Positions 25,472 to 35,075 of a stretch of 64,000 nt of DNA are shown piece after piece; within the stretch, counting starts at the first letter, position 1; each line of letters starts with the position of its first letter. Both the position numbers and the translations under genes were made by a program. Source of the stretch: a virus (Duplodnaviria; Caudoviricetes); the IMG/VR virus record IMGVR_UViG_2619619233_000003, positions 18,086 to 82,085 of that record; one strand, given 5' to 3'. A model generated the notes under the pieces. That model was given only the letters and a program-made list of their open reading frames with translations, was not told where the DNA came from and ran no database searches.

Positions 25472-26854
25472 TCAGGCGATCAAGCCTTTCGGCGGCAATC
25501 CTTCGGTGATCAGCACTCGCTGGACATTCAACGGATCGGTATTGCCGGGGTTCGGAACACCGAAGGCGGGGAACAGGCGGAGATATCGCCATGCATCCGC
25601 CCCGTCCGGTGTTATAGGAATGCCAGCGGCTACAAGCCACATCCAGCCATCACGGCAGTTGATAACATCTCCAAGCGCATAATCGCGAATTGTCCCGGCC
25701 GTGTCTTTGATGCTGAGAGTTACCATCGGTCTCGGTTGCGTTGACCTGCCGAGAACCAACGCGGCCAGCGTGACTGTCTTGCCCGCGATCCTCTGCATTT
25801 CAGTGGCCGACAAGTACTTTTGCAGATACATGCCTTGACCTGTCGCACCGGTACCCGGCGCGATGGCCGCGGAATAGGCTGCTCCTCCATAGGTGTTGAC
25901 CGCATCCTTTGTCACGGTGGTGCCAGAGCCGGCCAACGTCCAGCCTGTCGGAACTGCACCGGGCCACGCAGAAAAATTGCCGTTGTCGATTAGGTTCGGA
26001 GCAGATGCGAGCGGCCAAGCCGGTGTTGTAAAGGCCGACTTCTTGGCAGCTTTAAAGGATGCGATGAGCGCATCAGTAATAAGTTGAGCTCCCGCGCTGT
26101 TTCCCTCGGTATCACTTGGATGAATATTGTCGCGATAGATTGTGGCCGGTTTTCCGGCCGCAACGAATCGGGAATAGGTGTCGACAAGGCTGATTTCCGG
26201 TTGGGCCTGACCTGCCCTTTTTATTGCCTCAAAAACCTTCGCATAGCCGCCGTCGTCTCGCCACGGATTCTGCGTTGTCATGACTTGCGGCACGCCGGAC
26301 CATTTGGCCTCGGCCATTCCGATGGGGCCGATGAATGTGCCCGCGCCGACTGCGTAAATGCCAGCCCCCCCGACGATGGGGAAAGATTGTTGGTTATGAC
26401 CGTGATGGGTGACGCAAAGATCGGGCGTGGGAATCGCATCAATCGCGTTCGGCCGGCGCGCTCCATCGAACATGCCGCCCGCGACTGAACCGGGGAGAGC
26501 CGCGAGATAGATCGTAAGCGTGCCTCGCGTTCCAGTGCGCAGCGTAACCGCCGGAGAATATTCCTTCGGGCCGGTCGGTGCACTCGTTACCCACTCGGCC
26601 CAGCGGTACAAAACAACAGTATAATCGTGCAGATCGCCAAGGGCGGCGGCGAATTTGTAAAACGGGCCGAACTCGGAATAGCCAGTGCTATCGGCGTTGA
26701 TCCAGACAACGGCGTTTTCTCCTGCCGTCAACTTTGCTTTAAGCGGCCCGAAGGCATTGAGAACCGACTGCGCACCCCGCAAAGGCGAAGGAACAAGAGA
26801 CACGTCGGACGGCTGCGAAAGCGGAATGTTCAGGGAGCGAACCAGTCCGTTCAT
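25472..26854 (-). CDS. SGNH/GDSL-like esterase with C-terminal carbohydrate-binding-like domain
   Basis: ADSTG, HGHN, DNIHPS blocks; NLIDNGNFS begins a CBM-like domain. Confidence 0.7.
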   Translation of the reverse strand: MNGLVRSLNIPLSQPSDVSLVPSPLRGAQSVLNAFGPLKAKLTAGENAVVWINADSTGYSEFGPFYKFAAALGDLHDYTVVLYRWAEWVTSAPTGPKEYSPAVTLRTGTRGTLTIYLAALPGSVAGGMFDGARRPNAIDAIPTPDLCVTHHGHNQQSFPIVGGAGIYAVGAGTFIGPIGMAEAKWSGVPQVMTTQNPWRDDGGYAKVFEAIKRAGQAQPEISLVDTYSRFVAAGKPATIYRDNIHPSDTEGNSAGAQLITDALIASFKAAKKSAFTTPAWPLASAPNLIDNGNFSAWPGAVPTGWTLAGSGTTVTKDAVNTYGGAAYSAAIAPGTGATGQGMYLQKYLSATEMQRIAGKTVTLAALVLGRSTQPRPMVTLSIKDTAGTIRDYALGDVINCRDGWMWLVAAGIPITPDGADAWRYLRLFPAFGVPNPGNTDPLNVQRVLITEGLPPKGLIA

Positions 26855-27126
26855 TCGCCGCTCCAAGCCTTGATCGTCTTGCCGTCGCTGTTGCCGGAAA
26901 GAGTGAGACGCACATTCGGGCATTTGGCAAAGCGGCGCATGGGCGGAATGGTGCTGGCGCTGATGCCGCCGAGCGATACCCATGGCGCTGCGGCGTCGAC
27001 CTGCCCCTCGACATTGATCACGGCCGAGGAGCCGGGCGGAATGTCGGCCTGGATGGAAAAATCGCCAGTGGGGCTAAATGCGCCGCCGATAGCGGTTGCG
27101 GTGATGGCGTTGATGCGTTCGGTCAT
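26851..27126 (-). CDS. Small hypothetical tail-region protein
   Basis: 91 aa, AAGGA SD, ATGA-coupled to esterase. Confidence 0.75.
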   Translation of the reverse strand: MTERINAITATAIGGAFSPTGDFSIQADIPPGSSAVINVEGQVDAAAPWVSLGGISASTIPPMRRFAKCPNVRLTLSGNSDGKTIKAWSGE

Positions 27127-27148
27127 CGGTTTTCCTTTGGGTTCAGAA

Positions 27149-27559
27149 TTAAACTGAAGGAGCGAGGATTTCGGCCGCCCGTTCCGCGCCGAAAAGCGTG
27201 GTGGCGATCTGCACCAGGAGCGGCCACAGTTCGTGGTTACTCTGATAGGAATTGGCAGCTTCGAATATTTTGCGGGTGCGGATCGGCTGTTGCTCTATGG
27301 CGGCAAGGACCTGCGCGACTTCGCCCCCGTTGCCGTCAGCGCCGCCATCCAGTCGGGTCCAGAAATCGACGGCGTAAACGACCGTGGCCGCTACTTCCGG
27401 CATTTGTGTATAGGGTTCCGGCACATTCCCTTCATCCAGCCATGCCACGTATTCGTCGGCCGTGGCGAGGCAGCTTTCATGCGTCCCATCGTCGAGAATG
27501 CGGGACACAACTGCAATCCCCTCAAAGTCGGGAGGCGTTACCAACTTCCAAGCCGTCAT
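27149..27559 (-). CDS. Putative tail fibre assembly protein
   Basis: EYVAWLDEGNVPEP motif; coupled to fibre gene. Confidence 0.65.
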   Translation of the reverse strand: MTAWKLVTPPDFEGIAVVSRILDDGTHESCLATADEYVAWLDEGNVPEPYTQMPEVAATVVYAVDFWTRLDGGADGNGGEVAQVLAAIEQQPIRTRKIFEAANSYQSNHELWPLLVQIATTLFGAERAAEILAPSV

Positions 27560-29268
27560 AGGTCTGCCCCCGTAAAATAGATGTTGAGTGCACCGCCGCT
27601 TGCCCGGAGCCATCCGGCATGTGACGGGGTGTAACCGGAGCCTGACGTGGATATTGAAACCTCGCCAGCGACCTCGGACGTTTGTCCGCCGAAAGTCCAT
27701 CCAGTCACAACCTGATCCGATGCGAACGTTGTGAACGACGCCGCGCCCGCCACAACAAGCCCCGTGGGCTTTACCCTTGCCTTGACGGGGAACGGGACGG
27801 TGAACACGGCATTGGATGCGTTTATGGCAAAGCCGAATGTCGGGATCGTGCCAGCACCGTCAGACTTGATGCCGGGAAGGAAGCGCCGGCATAGCATTTC
27901 CTCAACAACGTGCGGACGGCCAGAGAATGAACTGACATAGCCAAGCTCGAATTGAGGAAGAGAAAAACTCCCTACTCCAAATTCCACGGTGACGTTCGCA
28001 GTGGCGTCAACATCTACAAATACGGTTTCGGATGCACCATATGCCCCACCGTTGATACGAGCCTGTGCAGTTCCAAGCCAAGAAAGCCAGTACCGACCTG
28101 TTTGCCCCGCAAAGCCTCGCGCCTCCATGGTCTGTTGAAGCGAGCCGGCCGAAATATCGAATGTAGTCACCCCGTTCACTGTAATCGGCGTATATGTACA
28201 GCCTGAAGCGCCAGCCTTCATTCTATCATGCCCGAACGCTCCAGCGGCAAGGGTTACTGGACTGCCGACACCACGGGTATTTAGCGCCCCTAAAGGGTTC
28301 ATGATCTTGTTGCGAAAGTTGCTGATTGGAACCGCTGCAAAGGAACGGACTTCCGCAGGGGTCAGACCCTCTATGTCTTTTCCAGTTGCGGTTTTGAAAC
28401 CGGCAATCTGCTTTGCGGCGACCCCACCGTCGGGCCCAACGACATCGCCGGTCCCGTTCCCATCGACGCCGGCGCGAGCGAACAGTTCCCAATCCGCATT
28501 TGCAGTCGTCGGAAGCCCCGGAGGAGCAACGCCTGTGTTCCCCCGCAGCGCTATCCACGCAGACTTGTTGTTCTGAACAACGTCATTTTTGGCATAGGCA
28601 GCAACGTTGTTCCAGGCGCCACGCCACGTGATGCCTGTGGCACCTGTGTCCCCTTTGATGCCCTTCTCACCGGTGAGGAAAGCCGGATCAGACCAATCGC
28701 CGGCCGTGGCGCTGAGTTTGAAATAAAGGGCCGCCCGCTCATCGCCCGCGTCGGCCACCAAAACGATAAAACCGGCCGCTTCGCTTTCGTAAGTGGCGAG
28801 GCCTTCGGGCGTTTCGGCCGCTCCATTCGTCTTGATGCCCTGAATGAGCGATGACCGTGGGATGATCGTCGCGGTGCTCTGACCGGTGAGAAGGATAAGG
28901 TGATCCTGCTCGGCCTGGACGGCTGCGATCGCGGCAATCGTTGGATGGTTCAGGCGGCGTAGCAGTTCGGCAATCTTGGTTGAGTTTTCCGCCTGCGCCG
29001 TGGTGTAGGTGTTTTCCCGGACGAGCGCATATTTGTAGGTTCCGGATGCGCCCTGCCATTTGATCGCGGCCGTCATTTGCGTGTCGGTGATCGGATGCTC
29101 GGATGCGCCGGCGCTGTCGTCGGCAAGGATGGGCAGCGGGTTGCCTTCGGCCTCGACATGGACAGTGCCGCCGACGATGAGGGCGGTTTTCCATGCGGTG
29201 TCAATGCCGGTGATGACGGCAGAGCCGTTGACGAGTGAAATCGTGCCGCTGGTGTAAAGGGCGGTCAT
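27556..29268 (-). CDS. Tail fibre protein
   Basis: YTSGTISLVNGS N-terminus, collagen-like GxxGxxG, WRGAW motif, FRNKIMN tip domain. Confidence 0.85.
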   Translation of the reverse strand: MTALYTSGTISLVNGSAVITGIDTAWKTALIVGGTVHVEAEGNPLPILADDSAGASEHPITDTQMTAAIKWQGASGTYKYALVRENTYTTAQAENSTKIAELLRRLNHPTIAAIAAVQAEQDHLILLTGQSTATIIPRSSLIQGIKTNGAAETPEGLATYESEAAGFIVLVADAGDERAALYFKLSATAGDWSDPAFLTGEKGIKGDTGATGITWRGAWNNVAAYAKNDVVQNNKSAWIALRGNTGVAPPGLPTTANADWELFARAGVDGNGTGDVVGPDGGVAAKQIAGFKTATGKDIEGLTPAEVRSFAAVPISNFRNKIMNPLGALNTRGVGSPVTLAAGAFGHDRMKAGASGCTYTPITVNGVTTFDISAGSLQQTMEARGFAGQTGRYWLSWLGTAQARINGGAYGASETVFVDVDATANVTVEFGVGSFSLPQFELGYVSSFSGRPHVVEEMLCRRFLPGIKSDGAGTIPTFGFAINASNAVFTVPFPVKARVKPTGLVVAGAASFTTFASDQVVTGWTFGGQTSEVAGEVSISTSGSGYTPSHAGWLRASGGALNIYFTGADL

Positions 29269-29270
29269 GG

Positions 29271-30812
29271 TCAGTCCTTCTTCGGGATGCCAAAGATGTA
29301 ATAGCGAATGCCGATCACCGGCGATGAGGGGTAGGTATGGGAGACACTGTAGCTGCCGCCGCCATTGTTGATGACGCGGGCGTAAGCGGCCGCCCCTGAG
29401 AAGGTCGTAAAGACAGCCGCGTTTGGCTGGATCGTCACATAGGAACTGTCACCCGAATCTCTCCATGGAAAACCGACGGTCGGATGATTGACGCGATGTT
29501 TGGCTGTGATCGGCGGGCGGATCATCTTGGAATAGGAGTTGTCGCCGCCGTTTTCCCCGCCATAGCCGGAATGCACCGTCATGTAGCGGACGATCGGATA
29601 GAAGTTCGTCGTGTCGATCGCGATCGCCGTATTCTGCGCGCCACTACCGACACCGAAATACCCCTGGGCAAGCATTGAGATGGCGGGCCAGCGGCTATCG
29701 ATGATGATGTCCGCAAAGGCTGGCGGATTGCCGGCACCTGGTCGCAAGAACTGGATAACGTCTTCGCCATTCTCTTCGAACATGCGGAAGACATCATTAT
29801 CGCCGGCCGTAGGCGGCGTCTGGTCGAAAGCCACGACCATGAAGCGTGCCCGGCATCCGCCGTTCGGATTGCTGAAGTAGAGACGATTGCCGGCGATGCG
29901 CCAGTCCGCGCCGCTCTGGGCTTCGTGCGGGTTGGCGGGATAGACGATGGTGCTGCCGGTGTAGAAGTTGACGATGCACATGGTGCCATCCGGCACAGCC
30001 ATCGGCAGCACATATTCCGATCCGCCCGAGGGTACAAAAATATCATCGGCAGCCACGATCTTCGTCGGCCGGTTGCTGCTGTCGAAAGCGAGCTGCGTGC
30101 CAAAGGCCGTATCAACGTTATAGCCCGGCTTTGCGACCTTGAGGCCGGAGCTGTCGAGATTGACCGCGAAATGCTCGGGATTGGGCGGCATCGGTTGGGC
30201 ATCGACGATGCCGGCCTCGTCACCCGGGAGGTTCCACACGACGAGTTCATTGGTCAGGTAGTTATAATTGCCCGTGTTCACCGGTCCGAACATATTCGAC
30301 AGCTGAAGAATATCGCTGAAGGTGCGGTAATTGGCGTCCACCAGAGTGCGGTTATTCAGCTTCCAGCCGAAGTCGGACTGGTCGTTGAGCGGCATCACGG
30401 TTGCGATCCGCTCACCACGGCTTTCATAACCGTAGGTGCTCAGAAGCGATCTGGCGTTGACGTAATAATTGTCGGTGATGCGACGGATGAGGACATCGAA
30501 CAGCGGCAGGGTGTAGTTCAGACCCGGAAAATAGGCCGCTCGATAAAAGACCCGGTTCTGTGAAATGTCGCTGGGATAACGCCAGCTGCGCAAGCTAAAG
30601 TTATCGACGCCGGCGCCGGGCGGATAATTGTATACGCCGTCGCGGTATGGCTGTGTGTCGCGCCCGGCAATCTGGGCCTGGACGGCGAATTTTGAATTGT
30701 ACGAGAAAGCGCCCAGCGTATTGTCATGGGTCATTCCGGGATCATAAGCACCCTTGGTGATCTTGACGCTGCCGACGCCCTCGTAATCCAATCCCATGTG
30801 AAGCTGTTTCAT
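29271..30812 (-). CDS. Tail tip-associated / receptor-binding protein
   Basis: 513 aa, LKVAKPGYNV...LAFDS motif; downstream of hub protein. Confidence 0.75.
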   Translation of the reverse strand: MKQLHMGLDYEGVGSVKITKGAYDPGMTHDNTLGAFSYNSKFAVQAQIAGRDTQPYRDGVYNYPPGAGVDNFSLRSWRYPSDISQNRVFYRAAYFPGLNYTLPLFDVLIRRITDNYYVNARSLLSTYGYESRGERIATVMPLNDQSDFGWKLNNRTLVDANYRTFSDILQLSNMFGPVNTGNYNYLTNELVVWNLPGDEAGIVDAQPMPPNPEHFAVNLDSSGLKVAKPGYNVDTAFGTQLAFDSSNRPTKIVAADDIFVPSGGSEYVLPMAVPDGTMCIVNFYTGSTIVYPANPHEAQSGADWRIAGNRLYFSNPNGGCRARFMVVAFDQTPPTAGDNDVFRMFEENGEDVIQFLRPGAGNPPAFADIIIDSRWPAISMLAQGYFGVGSGAQNTAIAIDTTNFYPIVRYMTVHSGYGGENGGDNSYSKMIRPPITAKHRVNHPTVGFPWRDSGDSSYVTIQPNAAVFTTFSGAAAYARVINNGGGSYSVSHTYPSSPVIGIRYYIFGIPKKD

Positions 30813-33376
30813 GCTGATCGCACCCTCAATCTTCCGTTGTTGAGGTCGATCATCATCTTGTTGTTATAGCCTTCCATGTAGGCGGCCCGCACCGTACCGA
30901 TGTTGGCGACAGCGAGCTTCGCGCCGTTTTCGTCGAAGGTGAACACGCCCTGACCACCCGAGCCGTCCGGAGCGACGATAATGAATCGGTCAGAGTAGTG
31001 AATTTCCTGCGCCTTCAGCACGCCGCCTTGATTGATGATTTCAAGGATGAATGCTCCCAGGGCCGTCTGGTCGCCTTTTTGGGCGCGGACACCGAATTCG
31101 ACATTCGCCAACGTGTCTCCCACGGTGGTGGCCTTCATCGAAAGATAACCTTCAGCCAGCACGTCGCCCATTTCAGCACGCACAGCAGAAAGACGGCGGG
31201 CCATGGCGCCTTCAGCCGTCACGCGGGTTTCGCGCTCATCGATGACGCTGGCGATCGCACCGCCCAGCTGCGAACTCAGCACGTCGCGGTCGAGCTTGGC
31301 GTCGATGTCGCTGGAAACGACGGACATCGACAGGCTTTCCACCATGCCCGCCAGCTGGTCCATCTGATGCTGCAGTTCCATCATGCGGTTTTTGACATCG
31401 TCCCGAACCTGCCCGAGACCGACGGTAATATCGGAGCCGTCAATGTTCGGCGTCCGGACCGGAAGCCAATCGCCCCAATCGGTCTGACGGTTCGATGCCG
31501 GCACAAACTTGCCGCGTGCCTGGTAATCGGCATTGCCGGCCAGAACCGCATTCAAAACCCACGCATAAGGCGGCTCATAAATGACGGTGCTGTCGCCGCT
31601 ATCGAAGACGAGTTCGTCGGTGGCGGTCAGTTTCACCTGGACGCGCACATAGCTGACATCGTCCTGGTTGGGGGCGCAACGTACCTCGATCGACGGATAA
31701 CGTGGGTTGCCGTTGGCGTCCGGAAGCGTGGCCGGAAACACCTGCCAGCCATACATGGGCTGCGGCGGCACCGGAACCGGGCCGATCCAGCCGATAACAG
31801 GCGGCACGATGATCGACGGCGGATCATAGTCGGATGGATCGATTTCCTTGATGACGACGCGCTGAAGGCGGCCGGGCATCGGGATCGCCCGCACAACCAG
31901 AAACTTCTTGTTGGAATAGCCGTTTTCGTCGCTCGACCATGCAACCGGGTCATTCGGCTCCAGTGCGGCCGCATTGGGCGGCAGTGTCAGTTCGTGGGTG
32001 CGCCAGCGTTGTTCATCCAGGATCATCGTCGAGGTGAGCGACTGCACCTGGGCGGATATGAACACGGCGTCGAAACGGAATGCGACAGCCAGGCGCTCGC
32101 CATCGTCTCGGGCAAGCAGCTCGGGCGACGACTGTTCCGGAGCGTCCTTGTCGGCCCAACGCTGCGCCGGTTCCGGATAGACACCCGTGATAGTGTTATG
32201 GGTCGCGGCGATCGTCGGGAACGGTTCAAAGTCCTGATCGGCCGTGACAACGATTTCCCGATCGGAGAAGCTGTAGACGGCCGCACCTGGCGCGCCGATC
32301 AGCATCTTGATCCGGCCGCCCACTTCTGCCAGCCGGCCGCTGCAACCAAGACGCAAATCCTCGATCACATCCAGACCATCGCGATCAACCGACACTTCCA
32401 GCCCGCCCCGGAACTGGCGACGGCCGCCGCCCATGTCGCGGTCGGCTTCGTTCAGCGCTGCGATCCACGAGGAGACCGGGAAACGGTAGGAGGAAAAGTT
32501 TCGGCCGCCATGAACCCACCGGCCGCCGTAATAGATGCCGCGCGCGATATTGTAGATCATCAGCGGCAGGTTATCGCTCGCTTCCCATGTTGCGGGATCG
32601 TGCCAGCGGTGCGGACCATTGCCGCCGACGCTGCTGTCCTTGCGCAGGTCATAGAGGCGCATCGGCCGCGGCTGATAAAGTCCCTGCGGAAAGCCGTTGC
32701 GGAACAGCTCTTCGTGGCGGCGGGCGGTGACGATGACGATCTGGCAACCACGGCCGATCATCGTGTCCTTGTAAGGTCGTTCTGCCCGGCCACCGAAGCG
32801 CGACAGCAAAAAGCTGTCGGCCGTGGTCTGCGATCCGTCGAGATACTTGATCCAGAGATAGTCCACGCCGTTACGCCGGTATTGCGCGACGGGAAAGCCC
32901 CGGCCGTCCGGATGCGGTTCATTCCAGAGGATCGTACCGGCCGTGTCACCGAACCAGGCAGCGTCCACGCCCTGCGGACCCGCATAGGAAGGCAAGCAGG
33001 AAATCTCGATGACTTCGGTTGCATAGGCGTTCGGAGTGTTCTCCTCTTCGCCCCAGCTCCCGAAATAGGCGCGGCGGCCGGCCGTCGCCCTGGTGCCAAT
33101 CAGATAGGAGCGCGGGATGCTCTCGCCCATCTGGATCGACAGCTTGACGCCGCCGTTGCTCTGCTGGTTCTTGCGGGCTTCGCGCCGCGCCTTCGCCTGC
33201 TGGTAAAGCGACAGGCCGACATTGATGGCAAGGCCGATCGCGAGCTTGACGAAGGTGCCGGCAGACAGGATCGAACCGGCGATACCTGCGATCAGACCGC
33301 CGACCGGCGCGGCCTTAACGGCCGTTGCGGCAAAAAGCAGGAATGCGAGTGTCCATAAAAGGCGCTTCAAGGCCAT
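30809..33376 (-). CDS. Tail tip/hub (host-specificity) protein
   Basis: Large ORF after NlpC-like gene; RLYDLRKDSSVGG motif; C-terminal coiled coil. Confidence 0.88.
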   Translation of the reverse strand: MALKRLLWTLAFLLFAATAVKAAPVGGLIAGIAGSILSAGTFVKLAIGLAINVGLSLYQQAKARREARKNQQSNGGVKLSIQMGESIPRSYLIGTRATAGRRAYFGSWGEEENTPNAYATEVIEISCLPSYAGPQGVDAAWFGDTAGTILWNEPHPDGRGFPVAQYRRNGVDYLWIKYLDGSQTTADSFLLSRFGGRAERPYKDTMIGRGCQIVIVTARRHEELFRNGFPQGLYQPRPMRLYDLRKDSSVGGNGPHRWHDPATWEASDNLPLMIYNIARGIYYGGRWVHGGRNFSSYRFPVSSWIAALNEADRDMGGGRRQFRGGLEVSVDRDGLDVIEDLRLGCSGRLAEVGGRIKMLIGAPGAAVYSFSDREIVVTADQDFEPFPTIAATHNTITGVYPEPAQRWADKDAPEQSSPELLARDDGERLAVAFRFDAVFISAQVQSLTSTMILDEQRWRTHELTLPPNAAALEPNDPVAWSSDENGYSNKKFLVVRAIPMPGRLQRVVIKEIDPSDYDPPSIIVPPVIGWIGPVPVPPQPMYGWQVFPATLPDANGNPRYPSIEVRCAPNQDDVSYVRVQVKLTATDELVFDSGDSTVIYEPPYAWVLNAVLAGNADYQARGKFVPASNRQTDWGDWLPVRTPNIDGSDITVGLGQVRDDVKNRMMELQHQMDQLAGMVESLSMSVVSSDIDAKLDRDVLSSQLGGAIASVIDERETRVTAEGAMARRLSAVRAEMGDVLAEGYLSMKATTVGDTLANVEFGVRAQKGDQTALGAFILEIINQGGVLKAQEIHYSDRFIIVAPDGSGGQGVFTFDENGAKLAVANIGTVRAAYMEGYNNKMMIDLNNGRLRVRSA

Positions 33377-33377
33377 T

Positions 33378-33803
33378 CTAACCCACCTTGAAACACATGG
33401 CGGCATCGAGCAGATCGACCGTGCCGATACCGGTTTCGCCAAGAACAAAGATGCGTTCGCCGTTGACGACGCCGAGCGCATGGCCGATCGGACCGCCGAC
33501 ATCGATGGCGGCGATATCGCCCACGCAAGCCTCACTCGGATGGATCACGGGCAGCATCGACGCGACCAGTTCGCCGAGGTTTTCGAAACCAAGGTCACGA
33601 ATGAGGCGGGCAGCGCTGGCGGCGTCATGGTAACGACCGACTGCAAAGCCTGTCATGTCAACGCCGGTCTGTGCCCTGACGAGGCGGCCGGCAAGGCCGG
33701 GACCGCAGTCGTGATCGTACCAGGCAAACGGCTTCGCCTTGATGTCGTCGATCGCGGTTTCGAATTGCCGTCTCCAGTCGGCCAAGCGGGTGAGTGCGGT
33801 CAT
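33378..33803 (-). CDS. NlpC/P60-like tail protein
   Basis: PFAWYDHDC, GDIAA motifs. Confidence 0.8.
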   Translation of the reverse strand: MTALTRLADWRRQFETAIDDIKAKPFAWYDHDCGPGLAGRLVRAQTGVDMTGFAVGRYHDAASAARLIRDLGFENLGELVASMLPVIHPSEACVGDIAAIDVGGPIGHALGVVNGERIFVLGETGIGTVDLLDAAMCFKVG

Positions 33804-34423
33804 TTCGTCCCCCACGGAATTTCCCAGCTGTCGATCTGGCCGGCGTAGAGATAGAATTCGTCGTTATCGCGCAGGCGCTGTGCCTCGTAAGAGGACTTTT
33901 CCGGATTGGTACGGCGAAGCATGCGCATGACTTCCGACATGACCTTCAGAGTGGCCTTTCCTTGCCCGCCGATGGCAGGGCGCTTGATTGGCGCACCGTC
34001 AACAATGCCGATGAAAACCGGTTCTTCAGCTGCTGCCGGCATGCCGTTATCAGGACGCAGCGTGATGTCGTGGATTTCGATGTAAGCGCGATGCAGGTCA
34101 TATTCGCGGGTGATTTTGCGGGCGGCATCGGCAATCTTCGACAGGTCGATCGTCACCGTCTGCGTTGTAAAATCCGAGACGCGCGGAATATCGCCGATCG
34201 AAAGCAGGTTGCCGCCGCCATAATAGGGCCGCGTTACGGTCAAGCCAATTTCGCCCTCGATGACGGTCAAGCCGATATCCTCGTCACCATTCCAGACGCC
34301 GATACCTTCTTTCAAGCCGGTCTGGCGGTTCTTGGCGACGACCCAGACGGCCTTCCGGTCGATCAGGCTGTCGTCTTTAACGTTGTTGAGGATCTCGGTG
34401 ATTTCGAATGGCTGGTTTCTCAT
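33800..34423 (-). CDS. Minor tail/baseplate protein
   Basis: Synteny between distal tail and NlpC-like genes; terminal IPWG. Confidence 0.75.
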   Translation of the reverse strand: MRNQPFEITEILNNVKDDSLIDRKAVWVVAKNRQTGLKEGIGVWNGDEDIGLTVIEGEIGLTVTRPYYGGGNLLSIGDIPRVSDFTTQTVTIDLSKIADAARKITREYDLHRAYIEIHDITLRPDNGMPAAAEEPVFIGIVDGAPIKRPAIGGQGKATLKVMSEVMRMLRRTNPEKSSYEAQRLRDNDEFYLYAGQIDSWEIPWGTK

Positions 34424-34424
34424 G

Positions 34425-35075
34425 TCAGCCTCTCTTTTTCTGGAGTGCGGTAAACCCGGCGCCATCGGTCACCGATCGGCGCGCCGTGCCGGGCTTATGG
34501 GTGGTGGGCTGGATGATCATGGCACAGGCCGGGCGGGCGAGCGTGACGGGTGCGCCGACAACAAGTGACATCGGCAGGCGTGGAAACACGCGGATGTCGG
34601 CAATGCCGCCCAGCGTGCCGACCACATCCTGCGACACCTCGACGAAGGCATAACGCGGCGCTTCCTGCGTGCCGTAAACGATCTGTATCTTGTCGCCTTC
34701 GGTCAGAACGTAATTCGCCGGCAGGCCCGCGACCTGGGCGACATAACGGTTGGCGGTTCCGCGAATGGTGACGGTTGCACCGGCGACGATCGACCCGTCC
34801 GGATCGGCGGCCGGGAATGGCGAAAGCGGGTCGATCAGCAGGAAAGACTGCTTTGCGCCTTCCAGCGCCCGGATGCGGGCGGCCACGCGCTTCAGCTCGG
34901 CATGTAGGCCACGGCCCAGCGTAACATTCGCCCGCCAGAACGGGTCGGCCAGTTCCGCCTGCCAGAGATCGCCGTGGCCGTCGCCTGACAGTTCGTCATT
35001 GCGCTGGATGTCCCACTCGACCGACGCGATCGGCAGAATGTCGTTGATGCGGGAAAGGGCAAGGGGAGCCGTCAT
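34425..35075 (-). CDS. Distal tail protein
   Basis: Directly follows tape measure; coupled start. Confidence 0.75.
   Translation of the reverse strand: MTAPLALSRINDILPIASVEWDIQRNDELSGDGHGDLWQAELADPFWRANVTLGRGLHAELKRVAARIRALEGAKQSFLLIDPLSPFPAADPDGSIVAGATVTIRGTANRYVAQVAGLPANYVLTEGDKIQIVYGTQEAPRYAFVEVSQDVVGTLGGIADIRVFPRLPMSLVVGAPVTLARPACAMIIQPTTHKPGTARRSVTDGAGFTALQKKRG

Noticed and set aside
25472-30812. Mu-type invertible G segment/gin or a diversity-generating retroelement at tail fibres
   Set aside because: No recombinase, reverse transcriptase, inverted gix-like sites or template/variable repeat pair seen
30998-33358. 786-aa plus-strand ORF
   Set aside because: Codon-aligned antisense shadow of the GC-rich tail tip gene with no motifs or expression signals
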